The notes under the pieces: model-generated | Database searches by the model: none | What the model saw: the letters and a program-made list of their open reading frames with translations, nothing else | Told to the model about the DNA's origin: nothing | Position numbers and translations under genes: made by a program | Assembly: GCA_000004985.1 (NCBI GenBank) | Contig: GG738857.1 | Source of the DNA: Naegleria gruberi | Lineage: Eukaryota | Strand: one strand, 5' to 3' | Length of the DNA stretch: 64,000 nt | Part shown: positions 55,691 through 64,000 of the stretch, in pieces | Position numbering within the stretch: position 1 is the stretch's first letter | How the letters are laid out: each line of letters opens with the position of its first letter

Positions 55691-56701
55691 ATGAGCATAA
55701 CGGAACCATTGATTGTTGATCGTATTTTAAAGTATTGTCATCATTCTGATTGGAAGGTGGTCAAGCCATTTCTTATAAGCAAACAATTTCATGAGGTGTT
55801 TAACAATTTTACTTTTGCCAAGGATTATTTGATCAATTTATTCCAACTATCGGAATATCAAATTAATCTCCTAAGTGAAGCAATTACCTATTTTTCATCA
55901 CAACAATCTGGTAGTGCTGAAACAGACAATGGATGTAAAAAACCAAAGAAGAAAAAGAGGAAAACAATTAAATTTGAAAAGTATGAAAATGTTGATCAGG
56001 TTTATATGGGAATTTTAGAACTTTATGTAAAATGTAATTTGAAAAATCAAGATAGTGAAGTTAGAAGAGCAAATAAGAGGCTGCAGAAGAATTTTAGTAA
56101 CATGTTGGGTGAATGGAAGATGGACAGATTTAATTTCACAGCTGATTTGAATGATATGATCTCCAATCACAAGGGAATTTTCATGACTGAGTTTGAGATT
56201 TCGAGTCCTGGCTTCTACAGTTACGGAGGTATCACTCAACGCTCAGAGTTTGTGTTATTCACTCATTGTGGGTTTCCTCTAACTTTCAGAAATCAGTACT
56301 CAACTTATTTAGAACTAGATCATTGCTGTTGTGATGTTACGGAAATTTGTGGTTTCAGAAATATTTGTAACAAGCGGTTTGATAGAGGAGGTGAAGAAGA
56401 ATTGTTTCGTCATGCACTCTCATACTCTGGGCACAATGGGACTCAAAATATGGGCACACAATTTTCTGAAAGAGCTTTTAATGGAATATTAATGACATTA
56501 TTCCATCATGCTGAAAATTACTTTGGAGGTTATGATTCACAAGAAGGTTTCGAACAGGAGAAAATACTGGGAACAATGCTATACGAAATTTTAAATTGCT
56601 CACTTGTTGCCTCAGATAATGGTAAGAGCTTCTTTGCTGAGAAATTTCAAGAGGAGGATGACTTTGAAGGTTTACCTTTTTACTCTAGGAACCGTTACTG
56701 A
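55691..56701 (+). CDS. Hypothetical protein (336 aa) with an internal KKPKKKKRK basic cluster
   Basis: ORF with no recognisable domain. A possible nuclear localisation signal is present. Confidence 0.45.
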   Translation: MSITEPLIVDRILKYCHHSDWKVVKPFLISKQFHEVFNNFTFAKDYLINLFQLSEYQINLLSEAITYFSSQQSGSAETDNGCKKPKKKKRKTIKFEKYENVDQVYMGILELYVKCNLKNQDSEVRRANKRLQKNFSNMLGEWKMDRFNFTADLNDMISNHKGIFMTEFEISSPGFYSYGGITQRSEFVLFTHCGFPLTFRNQYSTYLELDHCCCDVTEICGFRNICNKRFDRGGEEELFRHALSYSGHNGTQNMGTQFSERAFNGILMTLFHHAENYFGGYDSQEGFEQEKILGTMLYEILNCSLVASDNGKSFFAEKFQEEDDFEGLPFYSRNRY

Positions 56702-56879
56702 TATTCATAGTACTATTCAGATGTTCCTTTTTTACACCATTGTGTTTTCAATTAATTGGAATAAAGTTAAAATTTGAAAATCTGATGGGCTCCAAACACG
56801 TTCACAATGTTGATATTCCTGTGGCTGATTTAATATGAAGGAAGTCGTTGTTTTTAAAAAGACAAAAGACTACAGCACC

Positions 56880-57298
56880 ACAGGTTCCCAAGTTGTCTCC
56901 AACCTCAGTACTGATGTGGCTCGACGATGCTTAACTTCTCAAATCGGACGGGATGAGGTGCATTCATCGTGATATGGCCGTAGCCATTAAATTCCTTAAT
57001 ATCTGAATTATAAATATATTATCTATACTAAATTGAACGTTTTCAGACCTCAAGTTGTTAATTCAGTTCTCCAGTCTGGACGTTTGATTGCTGATGCATG
57101 TGAATCATTCGCCGAACATTGTATTGATGGATTCAAGCTAACGAACCAAAGATTAAGGAATATGTCCAAAACTCCTTAATGTTGGTAACTGCCTTGAACA
57201 CAATTATTGGGAATGCAAAGAAGGCCTACCAAGAAAATATCAGCTTGAAGCAAGCTTGTTTGGACCTCAATTTTCTTACCAATTATTCCTTTCATTAA
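56880..57298 (+). pseudogene. Decayed 3' fragment of a class II fumarate hydratase (fumarase/aspartase family) gene
   Basis: Frame 0 (57033-57164) reads LNVFRPQVVNSVLQSGRLIADACESFAEHCIDGFKLTNQRL. Frame 2 (57149-57298) reads [49 protein letters not shown]. Together they align to the fumarase C-terminus [94 protein letters not shown]. At least one frameshift lies in an A-run at about 57147-57150. Weaker, multiply frameshifted similarity extends upstream to about 56880. No room exists for the N-terminal two-thirds of the protein. Confidence 0.5.
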
Positions 57299-57494
57299 AA
57301 GTTATCAGGTTTCTAATTTGTTTGATAAGAAATTTTATCAATTCTAATAAGTTTCTTTCCAATAATTTATTATTCAATTTACCAACAACGTTACTCTTTA
57401 AAACTGGACTACCTTAATGCATCGAAAGTAAAATGTTGTCAGATTTATAAAAACGAAGGAAATTGAATTGAGTTTCTGGAGGCTAAAAAACAGA

Positions 57495-57568
57495 TACCGA
57501 CAATGGGGCTCGAACCCACGACCCCAGGATTAGAAGTCCTGTGCTCTATCCAACTGAGCTATGACGGC
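57495..57568 (-). tRNA. tRNA-Arg (anticodon UCU), copy 2
   Basis: The 74-nt sequence is identical to copy 1 and is followed by T6 (plus strand cagataccgacaatggggctcgaaccc...). The flanking sequences are unrelated to those of copy 1. Confidence 0.88.
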
Positions 57569-57980
57569 TTCACATTGAAATACATTAAGGGTGGATGGCT
57601 CACTAAATACAATTAGTCGGCTGGGAGAATAGAATGATCGGAATGAATGGTAATGCATACTTGGAGAAATGGTTACCATAGCGAATCATTTGACAAGGTG
57701 CAAAATTCATTTTTCTGATTCAGGACCAACTTCAATCACACGATAGGAGTAATGGACACTGTTTAAACTCTTGGAAGTAAGGGTTAGCTTTTCAGGGATC
57801 AAACTAGAGTCACAATAATACCTATAAAAATCGTTGGCTATTTTTATTAAGGTTAAATAAATAAATTTAAAATTGTGGAAGGAGAGTATTAACTGGATGT
57901 TAATACTTCATCTCCATGTGGACGAATCCAATAAAAATACAATAATGGTTTTTTTCCGAATTGAGCAGTTTTATTAGATT

Positions 57981-58966
57981 TCAATCATTGCAATTATAGT
58001 ATTTATCATAGTCATAATCATAATAAAAATCATCAGAATAATCTTCTTCATAGTGCTCAAGAATTGGTTGTTCCCATTTCTTTCGATCTTCCAAAAAAGT
58101 ACTCATGTAATAGTACTCGTTACTGAAATATAGAGCTGTGGATGGTTTTTCAATAATGAATGAACAAACTAAGTTGAACGTATCTCCACACAACTGAACA
58201 AGAGGATGTCCACGAAGAATTGGATTGGCATTTGGTTCTTTTCCCTTTTCCCTTATTAGGAATGCAGGTTTCACATCTTTCCATGTTTGTTCCTTTCTTT
58301 TCTGTTGATAACATTTCTTGAACTCTTCTTTCACTTCATTGCTCTTCACTCTATTTTCCAAATCCTTGAAATCTATTGCACCTAGAAACTGACATTTTGA
58401 ATACAGAGCTTTGATTATTTCCACTTTTGGATTTTCAACACAATGATGCATCAAATCATCACAATTCAAACCATATATTGCTGTTTTGAACAACATTTTG
58501 AACATTTCCACATTTCCAAGCTCTACAGCTACATAAATGGCTCTCAACTTATTCACATTTCTCTGTTGTGTCTGAAGTAACCATTTCAATAGTTGAACTT
58601 TTCCACTTTTGACCGATTTTGTAAGTGGATCTTCTTTACAATCATCAACAACGTATCTCATTCTCTGTTTCTGATTGCAATTGCGATAGAGAAATTTGGC
58701 AATTTCCAAATTTCCACTCTCACACGCAGCAAGGAATGGTGTCTTCTTTCGGTTGTCCTTTGTTAGAAGTTGTGAGCCAGCATGGAATAAACATTGAACA
58801 ATTTCCAAGTGGGTTTTACATTTGCATGCATGAATTAATGGAGTGGAGCCATCTTTTGTTCTCACACTCATTAGGTTTCTATTGGAGGAGGAGATTCGTT
58901 TAACTTCCTCACATTGATTGTTTGATATGCATTCAATCAATTCATTAAATTGTTCTAAAGACATTT
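57981..58966 (-). CDS. Ankyrin-repeat protein
   Basis: DGSTPLIHACKCKTHLEIVQCLFHAG, KKTPFLAACESGNLEIAKFLY and LRAIYVAVELGNVEMFKMLF are ankyrin repeats. The probable start is MVQKMSLEQF at 58966. The ORF stays open upstream to 59300 through a hydrophobic, low-complexity stretch that is probably not coding. Confidence 0.6.
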
Positions 58967-59483
58967 TTTGCACCATGACTATGTTAGTTGACTTTGTCGA
59001 ATGACATTTAACAACTATTGTGACTTCCCAACACCAACTAATTTTAACTTGTGAATTCAAAGCAAATAAATTATGAAAATTAACAAGCCAACTGTTGAAG
59101 TGTCTTTTACAACTCATAATCTCAATATTTATTAAATTGCATTTAGTTAATAATGTTATATTTCCAGGTGTTTGTTCACAAAGAACAAAACCAAGTAAGG
59201 TGTGAATCAACATTAAGCAAAAACCAATGAATTTAAAAAAAAATTTAAAATTATAAAATGAAAAACAAAATGATTGGAATGTATCAAATATCGCACACAA
59301 CCAGCGATTTTTGATATCTCTTCGCTAAGAGAACCTTTCAAAGAGTTGTACTGGAGGAAAGCAGTGAGAGGTTTTTTTACGCGGTGGAATATTTAGATTG
59401 GTTAAAAAACCAGCCTCGGCAAGTGAGCACAACGCTCGTGGATTTTCTCATCAATTTATTATTTATTTCTGGATACAGCAAGA

Positions 59484-62400
59484 ATGAAATGTCTAGCATT
59501 CAATAATGGCTTGTTATTGTTGTTGGTCATTATGATGATGATGACAACAATTTCAACAATTAGAAGTGAAGTTACTTGTTTCAACAAGAGGAAAATTACT
59601 ATGAAGTTTAAATCATCAGCGATGGGACAAACGTGTGATGGAGAGGCTGCATGCTTTTCTAAACAAAATACCAGATTGGAAACTAATTTTGATGTTCCTA
59701 AAGACCCTTGGACAGATTTTGATCTATCTAAATACTATGTTTTAGCTACGTCTGGCTCATTGAGAGCAACTGTTAGTAGTGTTTTTAATCCTTGTCTTTC
59801 TGATTCTTCAAATTTGAATTCAACTTCTTCATTTAGTATCAATGGTCAACCTGTTTATATTGGTAGAAAGAATTTAGGTAAAGACTTTGTTACTTACAAA
59901 TGTATCAGTAGAGGAAGTTGTAGTGAAACTTTTTCAGCTACTTCCAGTGATGAGGAATATCCATATTCTGGGTTTTTAAATTTGACATCTTCTGGAAATA
60001 CAGCTGTTTTGGAATATAGTGATCCATCAACAGATCTTTGTGTGTATAGTTTGGATTTTACCTTTTGCTATATGTCAAAGAATTACATTATATATGATTT
60101 AAGATTGCAAGTAGATGATATCACAACAAAACCTCTCAAAATTATTTCTCCAAAAACCATGGAAAGTCTTAAACAGGATGTTCTCATACCTCAATCATAT
60201 GACCCTCTGCAAAATGGATATTCTGACAAGTTTACTAGAAAGATTAAAATTACAAACAAGTTAATTGTGCAGACAGGTCTTAACTTATTTAATTTGAAAA
60301 TCTTTCCAAATAACGCCAATTTTAAAGATCCACTAGTTGTTGATATTATTTCAATTACTAAGGAAAAGACAATTGACGGAAGTATAATCAGCCAAGATAT
60401 TTCTGGAAAGTACCAAATTTCAAACAGATCACTTTCTGATTACAATATCAAATTTAACACATCCCTCTCTGTGGATGAAATAATTACTGTTCAATTAACC
60501 CTTGGTGTCAACGGCGAAATTACATCATCAGTTTATGACATGAACATGAATTACAGAATTGAAACGATAGACGAGAATACCTATAATTTACAAGATACCA
60601 CAATAATGGATGGTGTCTATTATTTCAGAAGATCAGATATTACTGCTACCTATGATACAAACCAAAAGATAGCTGCAAAGAGTTTAGTTTCTGACATGGT
60701 CTCTCTTGAGTATGTAAGCGAATCTGAAGAGGATGGAAAATGTTACCTACAAGTTAATACATTGTATGGCTCTTCTTCAGATAAATTTTCTGGACTCTTA
60801 TTTATTTATTCCAGTAAAACTGGAAAACAATATTCCATGAAATTTGGACAAGATTATACACTCGATAAGAGTACCAAACAGATTGGTCAGTATATAATTC
60901 CACCTGAATTACTCGATTGCTCATCTGTTGGAGTTAAAACTAATATTTATTTTAAATGGGTGGTTCTCTCTTCAAATTCATATACAACAACTGAACCATC
61001 TGCCAACTTCCAAATTGCTATTTCCAAGAAGAGTATTATCTTTGTCAATGATCTTGCCAATGCCAACATAGAACTTACCTTTTCTCAACGGTATGAGAGC
61101 AATGTAATTCTCCTAAAGTCAAATCCACCAAATATGATTGTTCCTTACGATGTTATACTTAAAAACTCGTATTCATCATCTGCATCACCATTTGCTTCAT
61201 ACTTGTCCTATTCAGTGCCTCTCTCATGGTTAGATAATAGCCCAATGAACTTGAATCCTGTTAGTTATCCACAATTATCTACAGACTTTTCTGCCAGTGA
61301 AATCTATTTGAAAACAGGAATGTATTTCGGATTTATAGAAAAAAGTTGTAGTGTTCTTCCATGTAAAAGTTCAATTAACTTCCAGCTTAACAGTCAATTG
61401 GCTAATCCTCAATCTATTGCTGTAGATACAACCATCAAAGTTTCTCAATCAGGATACAGATCAAGTGGATATATAACAGCTGTTTCAATCCCTTCCTCTT
61501 TAGCTAGAGCAGCTAGCTCGTCAAAATTTAATTTAAGAGTACTAGCTGAAGTGAAAGAGACATATTATAATTCCTACTCAACCAAAAATCCGTATTATTT
61601 GCAAGTGAGTAAGGGATCTGTTGGAATGACTCAAAATCCACCTTACAATTCAACTTTTGGGCAACAAATAGCCTCCCAAAACTACTTGACCACTGATAAG
61701 TGTGCTTCCACCTCATCGACTGGTTATTTAACAGTTAATATTCCGATTCGTGATGAAAGTGACTATGGAACTTGGTACATAGCCTTTTTTGTAGATCCTA
61801 ATTCTTCCTTTGATGTGAAATATACCATTAATTTGATGAGTAACATAATCCCATTGAAATTGTCTACTACTTCTTCAAAGGCAGCTCTTACCTACACTCC
61901 AATTTCTTCAGTAATATATGGTTTGCAGTTCAGTTCAGAAACAAATTCTGACTCATCATTACTACTAACATTCGATGGATATAGTTTGGAAACAAATTCA
62001 TTTGAAGGAAGTGGTATTCAAGTATTTTTAAAACATGGGTCTATGCCCACAGAGAACGATTATGATGTATTATCTCCAGTGTTAACTGGAAGTCTTTCAT
62101 TCATTGCTCGCTTCGTATATTCAGACAAAGTTACTTTCAGATATTTGATGGATAATTCATATTATTCTGATCCAGCAGAAAGGATTAAATACCCAGAGGA
62201 TTATTACAAGACTTCCATACTTTCAAATTCAAAACTTGATTCCAGCACCCTCTATGTATTGATAAAGAGAGTTCCATCAGGACAAGGCTATACGAATTGT
62301 GTTAGTAGCTCTTATATTGTTTCCCCAAGTTCTTCCTATATTGCTTACCAGTACAGTTCATCTCCTTCAGTTGTTGGAGGATATCTAGAGAAAATGAAAT

Positions 62401-63809
62401 CACAAGTTATCAGTGTGAATCCAGATGTAATAGGTGCAAACCTTGCAATTTCCAATGGTAATCAACTAATGATTGACTTTAATCAAGAAACAATAATTCC
62501 TAATTACGCATCCAAACCAACCATTGTTAGTTACGATGGAAAGAAATTAGAAATTCTTGTTGATCAAAATTCCACAATTAATTCTGACTCTATTTCAGTA
62601 TCTGCCTATACGTTTAAATATTATATTTGGGGGAAATCAGGCCAAACACCAACAGTATCTTTTAGATATTCTATTAATGCCAAACTAAGTGTTGATGAGA
62701 AATCTGGAAAATACTCTCAACAAGTATTCATCGTTTTCCCAGTTAAGAGTGGATATGTTACTCAAGACTCTCCGTATGACACAATTGTTAGAATTAACAG
62801 TAGATATCAACCATCAACATACCTTATTGAAAGTCTCACACCATCTATTATTGCCACAGCCATTGTGGTTGGTATTAGTTTCATTATGAGTTGCATTTAT
62901 TTTGTTTGGTCTGTTTTTATTGTTGTCGTAAAGAGAGGAGAATTTAATTTTGGAACAGTAAGTCCTCAAATGTGGCTTGGCTGTTTGTGTCCAGCTTCTC
63001 TACCAGTTTCTATCTGTTATTTCTACTACTTTGCTCACGAAGGTTTTCAGCAAAAGCTTGCATCACCACCTGTAAAAAGAAGAAGAAGGACTAGAATTTT
63101 AATTGCCCTCTCTATTATTTCATTCACTATTGGAGTTCTATTTGGATTATATTTGTATGGACATGTGGCATTTAATCATCTTGGATTAGAATTATCAGCT
63201 CATTTCAATTTATATACTTTGGGAAAACGTACCACTGATTCTACCTATTCTTCATCGAACCTTATTCCTTGTTGTGCCCAAACTAGAACAGGTACATCCA
63301 AAGATAAGCAATTCAGGACATACTTTGGGGTTGAATCAAGTACCTTTACACCAAAATTTTCAGGGGGAAGATTGGATTGTATTAAGGACCTTGATAGTAT
63401 TGTTAGAGATGCCTTGAGAAGTAAATTCGTTTTGGATGAAATTAATGGACAAAAATATGAACCACCAACTGATAGCGCCATCCAAAAGACAAGCTATGGC
63501 TATTCAAATGCCTTTCAGATGGCTACAGTTTATTGTGTAGGAAACTCAGTTGTACTAATGAAAGCAGACGATTCCTATAACGAATATGGTATTCCAGGAG
63601 CATTCCTTTCTGTTTTCCCAATACTTTATTCATTCTATTTAATTATCCTTGTAATATTCGAAAAGATATTTGGTGATGGAAGAAAGTTGAGTGAATCAAA
63701 TAATGACCAAATTGGAAGAACAACTTTACTATTAGGCAACAATACTGGCTATGAACCAAATACTAATGAAGCCTCTTACAATCCAAACATTCAAAGTACT
63801 GAACAATAA
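59484..63809 (+). CDS. Very large (1441 aa) S/T/N-rich type I membrane glycoprotein with a C-terminal cluster of about 4 TM helices; unknown function
   Basis: Signal peptide MKCLAFNNGLLLLLVIMMMMTTISTIRS. A long ectodomain with many N-x-S/T sites. TM helices IIATAIVVGISFIMSCIYFVWSVFIVVV, ILIALSIISFTIGVLFGLYLYG and GAFLSVFPILYSFYLIILVIF. Confidence 0.6.
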   Translation: MKCLAFNNGLLLLLVIMMMMTTISTIRSEVTCFNKRKITMKFKSSAMGQTCDGEAACFSKQNTRLETNFDVPKDPWTDFDLSKYYVLATSGSLRATVSSVFNPCLSDSSNLNSTSSFSINGQPVYIGRKNLGKDFVTYKCISRGSCSETFSATSSDEEYPYSGFLNLTSSGNTAVLEYSDPSTDLCVYSLDFTFCYMSKNYIIYDLRLQVDDITTKPLKIISPKTMESLKQDVLIPQSYDPLQNGYSDKFTRKIKITNKLIVQTGLNLFNLKIFPNNANFKDPLVVDIISITKEKTIDGSIISQDISGKYQISNRSLSDYNIKFNTSLSVDEIITVQLTLGVNGEITSSVYDMNMNYRIETIDENTYNLQDTTIMDGVYYFRRSDITATYDTNQKIAAKSLVSDMVSLEYVSESEEDGKCYLQVNTLYGSSSDKFSGLLFIYSSKTGKQYSMKFGQDYTLDKSTKQIGQYIIPPELLDCSSVGVKTNIYFKWVVLSSNSYTTTEPSANFQIAISKKSIIFVNDLANANIELTFSQRYESNVILLKSNPPNMIVPYDVILKNSYSSSASPFASYLSYSVPLSWLDNSPMNLNPVSYPQLSTDFSASEIYLKTGMYFGFIEKSCSVLPCKSSINFQLNSQLANPQSIAVDTTIKVSQSGYRSSGYITAVSIPSSLARAASSSKFNLRVLAEVKETYYNSYSTKNPYYLQVSKGSVGMTQNPPYNSTFGQQIASQNYLTTDKCASTSSTGYLTVNIPIRDESDYGTWYIAFFVDPNSSFDVKYTINLMSNIIPLKLSTTSSKAALTYTPISSVIYGLQFSSETNSDSSLLLTFDGYSLETNSFEGSGIQVFLKHGSMPTENDYDVLSPVLTGSLSFIARFVYSDKVTFRYLMDNSYYSDPAERIKYPEDYYKTSILSNSKLDSSTLYVLIKRVPSGQGYTNCVSSSYIVSPSSSYIAYQYSSSPSVVGGYLEKMKSQVISVNPDVIGANLAISNGNQLMIDFNQETIIPNYASKPTIVSYDGKKLEILVDQNSTINSDSISVSAYTFKYYIWGKSGQTPTVSFRYSINAKLSVDEKSGKYSQQVFIVFPVKSGYVTQDSPYDTIVRINSRYQPSTYLIESLTPSIIATAIVVGISFIMSCIYFVWSVFIVVVKRGEFNFGTVSPQMWLGCLCPASLPVSICYFYYFAHEGFQQKLASPPVKRRRRTRILIALSIISFTIGVLFGLYLYGHVAFNHLGLELSAHFNLYTLGKRTTDSTYSSSNLIPCCAQTRTGTSKDKQFRTYFGVESSTFTPKFSGGRLDCIKDLDSIVRDALRSKFVLDEINGQKYEPPTDSAIQKTSYGYSNAFQMATVYCVGNSVVLMKADDSYNEYGIPGAFLSVFPILYSFYLIILVIFEKIFGDGRKLSESNNDQIGRTTLLLGNNTGYEPNTNEASYNPNIQSTEQ

Positions 63810-64000
63810 ATATTCATATATCAGAAGAATAAAATCATATATTCGAAGGAGTTCAATACTTGGTAATGTTAATTATTGAAATTGAAAACTCCAAATATGT
63901 ACAATAATAATTCAGTAAGGGTTCTCTCTTCTTCAGTTTGAAATAAGAAGGGTAGATAAATTTTAGGTGTTCAATGCTCATATTAGTAGGAATGAGCAAC

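Noticed and set aside
58967-59300. The 5' extension of the ankyrin ORF (MCAIFDTFQSFCFSFYNFKFFF...)
   Set aside because: It is hydrophobic and low-complexity with no ankyrin periodicity. A better start, MVQKMSLEQF at 58966, precedes the first repeat. The extension is probably 5'UTR read open by chance.

Overview
This window is eukaryotic nuclear DNA, not prokaryotic. It is AT-rich (about 33% GC by eye) and gene-dense, with roughly 35 protein-coding genes on both strands in 64 kb. Genes are interrupted by short spliceosomal introns of 38-147 nt. The introns begin GTAAGT, GTATGT, GTAGGT or GTGAGT and end in AG, and several are in-frame and stop-free, so the six-frame ORF track either reads through them or splits genes into fragments. 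Genes I can recognise by direct sequence comparison include:
- an Aralar-type EF-hand mitochondrial carrier and a second mitochondrial carrier;
- ribosomal protein eL18;
- splicing factor CWC2;
- a Rab6 GTPase (5 exons);
- SHQ1;
- diphthine-ammonia ligase DPH6 (4 exons);
- an ADP-ribosylglycohydrolase;
- an F-box/LRR protein;
- a TMEM256 (DUF423) homologue;
- a TALE homeobox protein interrupted by a 50-N assembly gap;
- RCC1-repeat proteins, one of them with a BTB domain;
- ankyrin-repeat proteins;
- a histidine phosphatase;
- a single-pass receptor-like protein kinase whose ectodomain carries Pmp-type beta-helix repeats.

There are two identical tRNA-Arg(UCU) genes 41 kb apart, each followed by an oligo-T RNA polymerase III terminator. 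I find no CRISPR array, rRNA gene or operon-like defence system. The most unusual items are:
- an approximately 850-bp element at 13125-13978 bounded by terminal inverted repeats (a foldback or miniature inverted-repeat transposon (MITE)-like DNA element);
- a decayed, frameshifted C-terminal fumarate hydratase remnant lying just beside the second tRNA;
- a roughly 75-bp motif shared by the upstream regions of two unrelated minus-strand genes;
- the receptor kinase with a Pmp-like ectodomain.

The lineage cannot be fixed from sequence alone. The composition, intron style and gene content fit an AT-rich protist, for example an amoebozoan, or an early-diverging fungus, but that is inference.
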